From Isurus oxyrinchus (lineage: Eukaryota): DNA of 64,000 bases. Under the pieces are notes generated by a model. It did not search any database, was not told the origin of the DNA, and saw nothing but the letters and a program-made list of their open reading frames with translations. Location of the stretch: positions 163,370,001-163,434,000 of the forward strand of contig JANJGN010000009.1 in assembly GCA_026770705.1 (NCBI GenBank), written 5' to 3'. The position numbers and the translations under genes are program-made. Below are positions 48,555 to 60,399 of the stretch, piece by piece (the first letter of the stretch is position 1; the number at the start of each line of letters is the position of its first letter).

Positions 48555-51540
48555 CCACTCCACCTCTGCCTTAAAAATATTCAAAGACTCACCTTCACCA
48601 TCTTTTCAGAAAGAGATTTCCAAAGACTCACGAGCCTCTGAGTTCAAAAAAATCACCTAATCTGTGTTCTAAATGGGTGACCCCTCATTTTCCCACAAGA
48701 GGAAACATCCTCTCTGCACTCACCCTGTCAAGTCCCCTCAGGAACTTATATGTTTCAATCAAGTCGCCTCTTACTCTTCTAAACTCCAGCAGATAGAAGC
48801 CTAGTCTGTCCAACCTTTCCTCATTAGACAATCCACCCATTCCTGGTATTCGCCTGGTAAACCTTCTCTGAACTGCTTCCAATGCATTTACATCCTTCCT
48901 TAAATAATGTGACCAATACTGTACAGAGTCCTCAAAATGTGGTCTCACTAGTGCCCTATGCAGATGAAGAATAACTTCCCTACTTTTGTATTCAATCTCC
49001 CTCACAATAAATGAAATCATTCTATCAGCTTTCCTAATTACTTGCGGTATCTCCATACTAACCTTTTGTGATTCATGCACTAGGACAGCTAGATCCCTCT
49101 GCACCTCAGAGCTCTGCAATCTCTCACCATTAAGATAACATGCTTCTCTTTTACTCTTCCTGCCAAAATGGACAATTTTACATTTTCCCACATTATACTC
49201 CATTTTCCAGATCAGTGCCCACTGTCTAAACCTATCTATATCTTTTTGTAGCCTCCTTCTGTCCTCTTCACAACTTACTTTCTACCTATCTTTGTGTCAT
49301 CAGCAAATTCAGAAACCATCCCTTCAAACCCTTCATCCAAGTCATTTATATAAAGTGTAAACTGTTGAGGTCCCAGCAATGATCCCTGTGCCACAACACT
49401 CTTATATCTTGCCAAACTATAAAAGATCCTTTAATGCCTACTCTCTGCTTCTTCTTAGCCAGCCAATGTTCTATCCATGCCAATATGTTACCCACTACAC
49501 CATGAGCTTTTATTTTCCGCAATAACTTTTGAAGTGCCACTTTATGAAACGCCTTCTAGAAACCTCAGTACAGTACATCCACCGGTTCCCCTTTCTCCAC
49601 AGCACATGTTACTTCCTCAAAGAACTCCAAAAAACTGGATAAACAGATTTCCCTTTCACAAAACCATGTTGATTCTGCCTGATGACCATGACCTTATCCA
49701 AGTGTCCTGCTATAATTTCTTTAATAATAGCTTCTAACATTTTCAATATGACTGGTGCAAAATGCCTGTTCAATTCATCTGCCATCTCCTTGTTTCCATT
49801 ATCAATTCTCCAGGCTCACCTTCTATAGGACCAGCACACACTTTGTTCACTCTTTTCTTTTTTACGTACTTATAAAAACTCTTCCTATCTGTTGTTATAT
49901 TCCTGGCTACCTTTCTCTCATAAACTAAATTTTCCCTTCTTATTAGTCTTTTAGTCATTCTTTTCTGTTCCTTTTATTCTGTCCAATCTTCTGACCTGCC
50001 ACCTGTCTTTGCAGAATTATATACTTTTCCTTCGAGGTTGATACTATGTTTAAACATTCAAGTTAACCACGGATGGTGTGTCCGTCACTTAGACTTTTTC
50101 TTACTCGTTGGAATGTGCATTCTGAAATATCCCCTCAAATATGAGCCATTGCATCTCGATTGACCTGTCCCTTAACCTATTTTGCCAATTCACTTTAGCC
50201 ATCCCAGCTTTCATGTCCTTATAATTGCCCTTATTAAAGTTTAAAAACTTACAGTGGGATTTTCCACACCCGCTCGCCGGCCCTTCCTGTCCTGTCGCAA
50301 GTCAGTGGGGCATCTGGCTAGGGAACTGCCTCCCCCACAGCGAGTCCCACCAGCAGCAGAGCCCAAAAATCCCCGCCTTAGACTCAGACCCACTCCTCTC
50401 TCCTACAAACTGAATGTAAAATTCATCCTATTATGGTCACTATTTCCTAGGGGCATCTTCATGGTGAGATCGTTAATTCCTCCCATCTCATTGCACAGTA
50501 GTAGGTCTAGTATAGCCTGCTGTCTGGTTAAATCCAGAACATGCCGTTCTCAGAAACTATCTTGAAAACATTCAATGTACTCCTCAGCTAGGCTATCTGT
50601 TGATTTACTATTAGATTTGTTCTCACTATACCCCCTTGTCAGTGTCTGGTTTTCATTTTTCCTAATAATACCTTTATCTTTTGACTTGTCTCTGCTCATT
50701 GAATTACAACATTATCCCGAATATGATCTGTTGTCCACTATTTAGTTTAAAAACCTCTCTACATCCCTAGTTATGTGGCTTGCAAGAACACTGGTCCCTG
50801 CACGGTTCAGGTGTAGACCATCCCAATGGTACAGATCCCACTTTCCCCAGTACTGGTTCTTGTGCCCTACAAACCAGAACCCACTTCTTCCACACCAGCC
50901 TTTGAGGCACATTCACCTCCTGAGTCTGATTTGTCCTGTGGCAATTTGCACATGGCTCAGGTAATAATCCATCGGTTATGACCTTTGAGGTTCTGCTTCT
51001 TAATCTGATGCCTCATTCCTCATATTGATTGTGCAGAATCTCCTTCTCTGTGCTGCCTATGTCGTTGGTGCTTATATGGACCACGAAGACTGGGTGCTCC
51101 CCCTCCCAATGCAAGTTCCTCCCCAGACCCGAGCCGACATCCCACACCCTGGCACCGGGCAGGCAACATGGTTGTGTGGACTCACGCTGTTTGCTGCAGA
51201 GAACAGTGTCAATCCCTCTGACTATACTATCCCTCACTCCCGCTACATTCCTGTTTGCTCCCCCCACTTGGATGGTTTCCTGTGCCATGGTGCCAAGGTC
51301 AGTTCGCTCATCCCCCCTGCTCACCCGCTGCTCTTGTCCAAACAAGCTGAGAAAAGTTCAGACCTGTAGAACAATTGTAAAGGCTGAGGCTCCTGCGCTC
51401 CTGCCCTCTGGGTCCCTTTACCTGCCGCACTCGCAGTCACACTCACCCTGTCCTAAGAGCTGTGATTGCCTCCTGGCACAAAGAATCCAGGTAAATTTCC
51501 TTCTCCCTGATGCGTCGCAGTGTCTGTTCTGAGCTGAAGC
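48555..51540 (-). mobile_element. Long decayed CR1-clade LINE (ORF1 esterase, endonuclease and RT remnants)
   Basis: ORF1 SGNH-like DSIVRGID...CLPGARV...VVHISTNDIG (51013-51345); RT LLRKIKAHG; C-terminal MEYNVGKCKIVHFG...VQRRFTR. Confidence 0.9.
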
Positions 51541-52325
51541 TGCTTAACCTTCAAACACTTACTGCCAACGTGTTTGCCCTGTAACAATGCAATTCTTCTT
51601 CTTCTCCCATTTGCAAACACAACCCTTCATTTTGTGACTAACACCTGTTGTACATTCACAGCTTTCTGTCACACCTCAATCCTAACAATAGCAGCACATT
51701 TTTCTTGTGGTTTCAAGCCACCATCTACATGACAAGGTGCAACAGCTTTGAAAACATTTTTTTCAGAGTTTAACTCTATTTACGTTGGTCATCAATTGTT
51801 AAATTAGTTGTGGAGTTAATGAATTGCACTGAAACTGAACTATGTTCATTTGGGATTGAACATCCACCCTCACCATTCTGTACACAACAAAAAGTTTTCA
51901 ACCATTGAAACCGGAAGGAAACTCAGGCCTCGAAAGGCAATCTGTTCCACATGGGTAAAGTCTTCACTCTTACATGTCTAAAGCAATGGACCTCAGGTTG
52001 ACAATGCAGTGAGTTGAGAAGCACATTCATTTATTGTCATTCCCAGAAGGAAGTCCCTGTAATACCGGCACCAGTAGATCCTAATTCCAAACTGGTAAAT
52101 GAAGACCAGTTCTGAACTAGGTAGGACCAGTAAAACTGTCAATATCACCGGTATTACCGGTCGCCCAGTAGGAACAGCCAGAAATACTGGTGATGTAGGT
52201 AGTACTGGTCCAAACTGGTTACTTTTCCCGTTTATCTGTTGGTGTTTATTGCTGGTGCACTTATATATTGCAGGGCCAAATGAGGATCAAGAATGTCAAT
52301 AATGAACTGAAATCACGCATTCCCA

Positions 52326-52328
<3 letters not shown>

Positions 52329-52363
<35 letters not shown>

Positions 52364-52400
52364 TGTGGGTGATTGAGGATATTTGTGTGTGTGTGTAGGT
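52329..52400. repeat. (TG)n microsatellite, interrupted
   Basis: Direct observation. Confidence 0.9.
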
Positions 52401-52595
52401 GTGTGCGAGTGTATGAAGGTGCTCTGAATTAAATTGATATGAGCTTACATCTCCATAAACTCAGAAAAAACACTCAGAATAAAAGTTGAATAAAATCTGC
52501 GCATATTTTCTTGTGAAAAACGAGGACAGCCAGACACAATTAAAACACAGACATTGTCTACGCTGCTTGTAATTGACTCCAGACAAAACACTCAG

Positions 52596-52701
52596 AATAA
52601 AACAAAAACAGAAATAAGTGGAAAAACTCAGCAGGTCTGTCAGCATCGGCGGAGAAGAGCAAAGTTGAAGTTTCGAGTCCTCATGACCCTTCAACAGAAC
52701 T
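52596..52701 (-). mobile_element. Penelope-like 3' terminal fragment
   Basis: gaaaaactcagcaggtctg...gagtcctcatgacccttcaacagaact matches the pseudo-LTR. Confidence 0.75.
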
Positions 52702-53624
52702 CAATTTGATTTAAAGCCGAGGAGATGTTGTGAGAATCAATATCTTCCCAATTGTACACTTACTCCACATGCAGGCTTTCCCCCCACAACTGGAACAATC
52801 AATGTGGGGGCTGCACTGTGTGTGTTCCTGGGTGTTGCACTGAGAGACATAGTCCTGGGCTGCCCTGTCACATTGAGAGGCTGGGACAGTCCTCTTACTG
52901 CAACTGGAAAGGAAAAAGCAGCTTTTTATTGTTATATCAGAGGCTGGGGAGACATTTGCACAACCCCAATAAATCTGATTCTGATCAGAGCGATGCTGCA
53001 TTAGAAAGTGTTAAAAGGGATGTGGCAGGTAACTGTAAATTGCAGCTATATAAACATATATATACCCTGCCTGAAGGCTACAAGAGTTTCTTCTTGGAGA
53101 CAGTCAGTAATCCTGGAGATATCCTCCAGCTTTTCCTGGTCGGCTGCCTTCTCTACTTCCCACCTCCCGATCTTACCAAGCAGCTCATCCTGGCACTGGG
53201 CAGGTTCCATCACCTGTCCTCGGGAATGGGAGCTGGGTGGCACTGGACGGGTGTCGGACTCCACTGAAGCGCCCTAATCGGGCAGAAGCAGTGTGGTCCG
53301 GTGCGCTGACTCGGAGACACACACATGGCACATGGAAGATATCAACTCACAGTCGCCATTGCCCTGAGCCTCACAAACCACAAGGCAGGTTTTGTTGCTG
53401 CTCCTGGTCTCATACCGTCTCCTCGCTGCCTCTGCCCCACCTCCAGCTCCCTCTCCACAGCCTCCCTCACTGTGGCCTCAGCCTTTGCTGCTGCCGCCTT
53501 CGCTGCTTCTCCCTCTGTCACTGTCACAGCCGCTGCCTCCCCCTCCTCAGCCTCAGCCACTGTCTCTGCTGCTGCCGCTGCTGATGTCTCCTCCTCCACC
53601 CCCACATTCACTACCTCCATCGCC

Positions 53625-54170
53625 TCGGCAACCACCTCCACCTCAGCCTCCTCAGTCACTGCCTCCACCTCAGCCTCCTCAGTCACTGCCTCCACCTCAG
53701 CCTCCTCAGTCACTGCCTCCACCTCAACCTCCTCAACCACCAACTCCACCTCAGCCTCCTCAGTCACTGCCTCCACCTCAGCCTCCTCAACCACTGCCTC
53801 TACCTCAGCCTCCTCAGCCACTGCCTCCACCTCAGCCTCCTCAGTCACGGCCTCCACCTCAGCCTCCTCAACCACCACCTTCACCTCAGCCTCCTCAGTC
53901 ACTGCCTCCACCTCAGCCTCCTCAACCACCACCTCCACCTCAGCATCCTCAGTCACTGCCTCCACCTCTGCCTCCTCAGTCACTGCCTCTTCCTCAGCCT
54001 CCTCAGTCACTGCCTCCACCTCAGCCTCCTCAGTCACTGCCTCCACCTCAGCCTCCTCTGCCACCACCTCCACCTCAGCCTCCTCAGTCACCGTCTCCAC
54101 CTCAGCCTCCACCTCAACCTCCTCAGTCACTGCCTCCACCTCAGCCTCCTCAGTCACCAGCTCCACCTCA
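53625..54170. repeat. 27-bp minisatellite (gcctccacctcagcctcctcagtcact)n, about 20 units, with degenerate flanks 53440-54270
   Basis: Translates as (ASTSASSVT)n on +, (EAEVEAVTE)n on -, and (PPPQPPQSL)n in a second + frame. Confidence 0.95.
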
Positions 54171-54559
54171 TCCTTCTCCACTGTTGTTGCCGACTTCACT
54201 GCAACCTTCAGTTCCGCTGCTATCGCCACCTCCACCTCCACCACTGTTGTCTCCTCCACTGTTGCCTCCTTCCCTGAGGCTGATGCTGATTCTGCCAGAG
54301 TGACCAACTCTGGGGACAATGTAAGGATGCTTCTGTCTCTGTCTCCCTTTCTCCCACTTTCCCACCTTTCTCTCGAAGCCTTCTCAGGCCCTCCTCAGAC
54401 TGCACCACCCACTGAATGAGAGTTTATGCCCCAGTTCTTGCATTGTCCCTCTCTGACTCCTAGTCCAATTGGGAACAGGTGCTGTGGTTCCAGCTCAATT
54501 TAGCTGAAGCAACTGGAATCCCTACTGGATTTCTGATGTCCAGTAGAATCCAGTAGAGA

Positions 54560-55025
54560 TCACCTGGCCGATCGTGTCTGCACCGGCTCTCCAAATGAGC
54601 AATATGACTTCGTGCCATTCTCCTGATTTTTCCCTGTATCCTTGCACATTGTTTCTATTCAAATAATAATCTAATGCCGCGTTGAAAGACTCAATTAAAC
54701 TTGCATCCACCACACTCTAGGCAGCGCTTTCCAAACTCGAGCTACTCATGTGGAAATGTTCATTTCTCACATCACAGTTGCTTCTGTTGCAAATCTCATT
54801 AAATCTGTGCACTCTTGTTCTCAACCCTTTTACGAGTGGGAACAGTTTCTCCCTCTCTACTCTATCCAGCCCCCTCATGATTCTGAACACCTCGATTAAA
54901 TCTCCTCTTAGCCTTCTCCTCCCCAAGGAGAACAGTCCCAATCTCTCCAATCTATCTTCATAACTGAAGTTGCTTCTTCTTGGAACCATTCCTCTAAACC
55001 TCTCCTGCACTTTCTGGTCCAACAT
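54560..55025 (-). mobile_element. CR1 LINE 3' end
   Basis: KVQERFRGMVP..FSYEDRLERLGLFSL..RRLRGDLIEVF. Confidence 0.9.
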
Positions 55026-55653
55026 GTTATTTCCTACCGGGAAGTGTGGAGCACAAGAACAATAACTTGCATTGATATAGAGCCTTCTTCATCATAAAAC
55101 TGGCAGCAAAGGTTTTGATGAGCTTAAGTTGGTTCAGGGTGGAAGATGTAAAGTCAACTCGGATGGTATTGGAGCAGTCAAATTTGTAGCTAAGAACAAC
55201 ATTGGATGAAAACTCAATTGGACAGGGAGGTGGATACAATCAGTGGCTATAAGGAAAAGTGTCTGTAGTGGGGACAAAGACAGTGGCTTCAGTCTTCACA
55301 ATGTTCAGTTGTAATTTGGGACTGGCTGTTGGACAAACAGCTGGACAGGCAGTCTGACAGCACAGAGACAATGGAGGGGGCAAGAGAGGAGGTGGTCAAA
55401 CAGGGAATCAGGCTTCGTGCTTGAAACTGCGCTTGTGGTCATTAGGAAACAGGGAATTCCTCACAAGTGTAGATTGTATTTGCTAAAATATGGATAAAAA
55501 TCATAACATAATAACATTAAGATCATATCAGGTTTCTAAAAGGAAAACACCTTCTTTATTATACCTGTGGGTCTCCCATTCTACAGTTATAAAGGTTCCA
55601 TCCCATGTAAAACATATTATTGAAGTGTGAAGCATATATATTAATCTTTATAA

Positions 55654-58600
55654 TGTTATTGGAAATTATTTTAAATGAGAGTTTAGTGGTGTCTGTATCT
55701 GTGGGCAGAATTTTCCCAGAATTGCACTAAGTGCGGTAGCGGGTGGGTAAAATGGAGTCCTACCTGCCGACGAAGATGACGGGTTTTCACACCATATCAT
55801 CCCGAACCCGGCTCATTATTTATTCACCCCCGTGAAACACACCGTTTCCATGGCAAGCGGGCTCTCATTCGCCCACGCACCATCACCCCGCTGTTACATC
55901 ACGCTGGCCACCATCTTTAAAAGGCAGCTACCATCAAAGCGCTCATCGCCACCAGCTCACCACCCCTGCCTGGGAGACATGGCCAGCAGAGGGAAAAAAG
56001 ACTGCAGACCCCTGCTTCATTGATGGGTCCCTCAAGCGACTGCTGGATGCCGTGGAGGGGCACCGGCATGTGCTCTACCCCACGCTCTGACCGCAGGGTG
56101 GGCAGCAAAGTACCCAACCCGGCTTGGGAGGTGGAGGCAGCGGTGGTCAGTGTGAACGTCCTGCAGAGGAGGACAGTCACCCAGTACCGCAAAAGGATGA
56201 ATGATCTCCTCCGTTCCTCCAGGGTAAGTCACTCTTTTCACAAACCCAACTCACACACTCACAAACCCATCACACATCTACAGGGCCCTCACTCACTGCC
56301 AGTGCAAGGGACGTCACCATTCACCTGTTCACATACACCTTCATTGTTCTCACCCTGTCCACGGGACCACTCCCCACCCACACAGGCCAGGCATACTTAT
56401 CATCTGTCCCCTGCAGGCATCCTGACACACTGTCCCCATCCATATCCACACAGGACAAACTGGCACACAACAGAGGGGAAAGGTCAGAGACAGGTGGAGG
56501 GATGCCGGAGATCAAAGTTCTGACAGAATTCGAAAGCAGAGCCATCCAGCTGACCGGCAATGATCGGGGCCGGTCCTGTGCTGATGGTAAGGTTGGCACT
56601 GCCCTATCAAGTGAGGGTCCAGCAGTGCAACACCCATCAGATAACCATGCTGTGAGTGATGTGTCCTTTATCACAGGCCACTGCCATGCACTCATTATCT
56701 CCCCTTGCTTTCACAGACACATCTGGGAAGCAGCCGACAGAGTCCATGACCCAGGGTCTCCTGAAGAAACCTCTGAAGAGGAATCTGAAGGCACTCTCCC
56801 TGAAGTTCTGTCACAGAGCTCACCCACAGCCACTGCCAGCGCAGAGACTCACACCTCAGTGGGACCTAGCTTTAGAGTAGCCTGAGGATCACAATCTGGG
56901 AGCACATCGCACTGTTTGATCTACAGCAGGTGGAGGCAGGGACTTCCCAGGTCCCCTGCCCCTCAGAGGATGCTGGAGGCCACAATGTTGCTGAGTCCAA
57001 GTCAGATGACAGCCTCTGGGCTCGGTCATGTCACAGTTACTGGAATTGCAAAGGCAAGCTCGGGAACATCAGGAAGGGATGCCCGCTGCACTCCTCAGAT
57101 TGCAAGGCATGATGGAGGGGTCCGTCTATCTTCAGGTTGAGCTGATAACTCCGGCGCTGCAATACACCGAGGTCAACACTGGCAGGATGGCAGCTGCCAT
57201 GGAGACCTTGGCCCAGGACGTCACTCCTGTGCTGCTGTGCACGGTGAACTCCATTGCTGATGCTATATTTAGCCTCCAACAGTGTGTATGAGAGAGGGGT
57301 TACAATTAGCACAATCTCACTCCAGCTACATCCTCCGCTCTCAGAGTCAGCCAGGGGCCATCAGACACCGATAGGGAGGAGGAGCAGCAGGTACACACTC
57401 CGGGGCCATCGACTCAGGAGGTTCTGGGAGTGACTGGCCAACCCGACTCCCCTCTTCCTAGGATCTCAGCAGCTCCAGCCCCCCAGGCCGAGGAGGGGGC
57501 CACTACCACACAGCAGGACCCCGAAAGCAGGCCGGGGCCCACCAAGTCTCAGCCCTCCAGAGGACGCCCACCAGTGTCATCACAGACAGGGCGTCACATG
57601 CAGCGGGTTAGCTCCACCTCTGCTGTGGATGTCTGGGGAGCAGCAAGATGTAGTGGCAGGGTTAGGAAAGTTAGGGAAATGTAGTTGCACAGCCTGGGTA
57701 CGGGTGTTGGTCACATGTACATATTGTTCACTATTGTCAGTAAACTCCGAAGAATGTCACCCTGCCTGTGGCTCCTTGTTCTGATGAGCAGTGTTCTTGT
57801 CACTCAGATGTGAAACCTTCCTGTGCAAGATAAAGGGCAGGTGTATGAGTCCAGGGCCTTTTCCCTGTGCTCTGTGCAACCTTCAGATAACAGTGATGGT
57901 CCAGCCTCACACTCCCTGGACACATTACTGATGCCCGCACCCCGGCGGTGCTGGGCATTGCTGCCAGAATGGAGTGGGCAGGCCCCACAGAGTTCTCTCA
58001 TTCTCACTTTGAGCTCTCAGCATCTTTAAGGTGGGGCTGACCCCCATCACACCAGCATCTGTGACCAGTGATACTGCGCACCAGCTCCTGAATGGGCTGA
58101 GGTGCTGAAGGAGGACACAGCACCAGATGCGTCTTAAGTTTAATGGCTGCATCTGAGATGGTCCTGAGCATGGAGCCACCGACACCATTCGCCTCTGAGG
58201 TTGGTCATCACATGACCCTGGACATCTCCCCCTCAGTATCCACCTCCAAGGCAGCCAGCACTTGCCACTAGACACCTTGCCCTCAGCATTTCAAGGCTGG
58301 CCAGCTCTTACCCCCCCCGGACACCCCCCTCTCAGCAGTCACATCCGGGGTCAGGCATCCCTGAAGCCTGTAAACAACAGGCAAGCTGTGGAGAACGCTG
58401 CTGCTCACTCACCCCATTTCCCCCAGAGTCAAGGCCACCAGGTACAAATTGCCTGTGTGCTGTTGTGAATCACGTCGGCGTGCTTTCCCGCTAACGTGGA
58501 CAGAGGATACGGCCGGGTTCCAAGAGCCTGGCAGGATGGCCTTTTAATTACATGCTGATGTATAACAATTAGCTCCCCGCTGACCGATAGCGGGAAGCAC

Positions 58601-59519
58601 GACCCGCTGTAGGTGGGCTGAGCGGACGATCACAACCTGCCTTCATGCTGCCATTGTGAAGCAGCTCACACCATATTATCCACACATGCCACTTATTACA
58701 CCTGCTGCCAGCGGGCTCGGAAAATCCTGCCCTCTGTGTGTGTGTGTGTGTCCTAATTGGATTAAAGCCAGCTTGTCTAGAGGCTTTGATGTATAGAAAA
58801 GGAGTAGGTTTGAAATGTTAATTAGGTAAATATGGGGGCAATTTGCATTTTTTCTTTAAACTAACTCCCCTACCTTGGGTTCAGAGATGGTGTGAAATAT
58901 TACACCTAACCAGGTGAAGCTCAGAAACTGTGTGTTTGTTTATTTTTCCCAAGGATTACTAATAAAGTGGGTCGTATGAAAGTGTCTTATTATTTGAAGA
59001 GTTAAAATTTCAAAAGAAATAGTGGTAGAATGAAAATTGCATTCAAAGAGAAAAATATGTAAAAAGGATTAGAAGGCTGTTGGTAAAAAGGAGAGCGATT
59101 CTAAGAACTAAAGCCTCCAGTCCGTAAGCCTCAAGCCGCTGTCTGCAAAGAGCCAGAGCTGAAAGAAACTCAATTTGAATGTGACCATCCAGAGTGAGCT
59201 TTGCCCAGGGTCTGTTTAATCCATGTGTTTTACTGATGCCTTAACGGAGGTATAACTTGGAGCCAGATTAATTAGGGGATTTTGTAGACATTATAGTAGT
59301 AATTTTGTCAACATATGCATGTGCTCACAATCTTTCTTGTATTAATAAATGTTTAATTTAGTTTTATAAAAACCTGTTGAGACTCAGTCGTCTTATTACT
59401 ACTGAATTTAAAGCCTGCATCTTCAATCATACAAATTGCAACAGTTAGTTATGACAGTTGGTTCAAGTTTCCCTCCTGGATTTGAACCGCTCAGCATTTA
59501 GCTCAGCTGCATCATAATA
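55654..59519 (+). mobile_element. Solo LTR split by a Harbinger insertion (55654-55702 + 58733-59519)
   Basis: Starts tgttat and ends cataata; similar along its length to the LTR at 62702-63626; AATAAA at ~59344. Confidence 0.55.
55703..58732 (+). mobile_element. Harbinger-type DNA transposon (non-autonomous) with decayed spliced Myb/SANT-like gene
   Basis: TIRs gggcagaattttcc / ggaaaatcctgccc. Myb/SANT-like reading from ATG 55979 (LLDAVE..R.VLYP...PAWEV.AAVVSVN...RT.TQYRKRMNDL|gtaagt) to KVREM* at 57684. No intact transposase seen. Confidence 0.8.
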
Positions 59520-59852
59520 TGAAGCGATTGGTTTCCAATAAATGAACCTTTCAAGTTGCTTATTTCTTAAAGAATTTGATAGTCTTAAAACAAGAAATAA
59601 AGTTGTGTAGACACTAAGGCAGCAAACAGAGAAATTATTGTCAGGATGTAGATATACAAATTGAAGTTCGCAGCCTCATTTTGCTTTTTGATTGCTCCAC
59701 TAATTTAATGGTCAAAATTATTTGATGAGAAAATCGATTTTTATTCTGTAGAATTATTAAAAGAAATTCAAAGCTCGACGAATAATGAATATTTTGTCAG
59801 GATGAAAAATTCCATCAATGTAGATGTAACCCCGGAATCTTCATTTTCCCTC

Positions 59853-59894
59853 TTAGGTCAAGCTCTGAGGATTTGATTCGTTGAGTGTCTGGAA
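59853..59894 (-). CDS. Candidate terminal exon of gene C (FQTLNESNPQSLT*)
   Basis: Acceptor gattttcag, phase 0 matching the gene C TM exon donor, in non-repetitive DNA. Too short to verify. Confidence 0.3.
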   Translation of the reverse strand, partial: FQTLNESNPQSLT

Positions 59895-60399
59895 CTGAAA
59901 ATCACCAGATTAATTGAGACTGAGAACGATGCATTATTTTACATGTGAACAGAATTCTGGCTATGCCAACAAATCGAGGCAAAGCATGTGATGAGCTGGA
60001 GCTGTGGCAACATCACACTCCTCACCCATTGCATGTGTGCTGGGAAATGTTATCAGTTGTGCCCCTCTTGAAGAGATGTAACACCATTTTCTCATGGGTA
60101 ACTAATGTTCCCCTGCAACTGGCATTATGGGTAGAAATTGATTGCTGTGGCTACTTTATTAAATATATTTTATACAGTGCAATTGCTACTTCCAGTAACA
60201 ATTCTCTTGGGTCTGTATCTCAGTCTCCTGTTGCAGTCTGTATAATTTTACGTCTCCTTGTGTTCTTGTTGACAAACAATCATCCCTGGTGCTCTGTTAG
60301 ATTCTGCCTCCATTTCCTCGCTTCCTTTTCTTGTATCGATTATTTTGTAAGATTAGATTAAACTATGGAATGTTTCTATTATGGATGGGTTACATGGGA

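Larger units (their letters stand above)
27958..48889 (-). repeat. Right arm of inverted segmental duplication
   Basis: Mirror-image ORF track and direct sequence match. Differs from the left arm by a 4.2-kb Penelope insertion and a ~1.3-kb deletion. Confidence 0.97.

Noticed and set aside
1-48889. Palindrome as a pure assembly artefact
   Set aside because: Arms differ by many substitutions, arm-specific insertions and clustered coding changes, with a unique spacer; allelic mis-join still needs read checks
52467-52602. 18-bp direct repeat aaaacactcagaataaaa around ~100 bp
   Set aside because: Could be a TSD, but the enclosed sequence is unrecognisable and the repeat is A-rich
53625-54170. 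CRISPR-like array
   Set aside because: Contiguous tandem units with no unique spacers; eukaryotic context
53392-54303. Proline-rich extensin-like 303-aa ORF
   Set aside because: Alternative frame of the stop-free 27-bp minisatellite
60245-60362. Purine-rich minus-strand stretch as a gene C cytoplasmic exon
   Set aside because: No convincing polypyrimidine acceptor; cannot be supported from sequence alone
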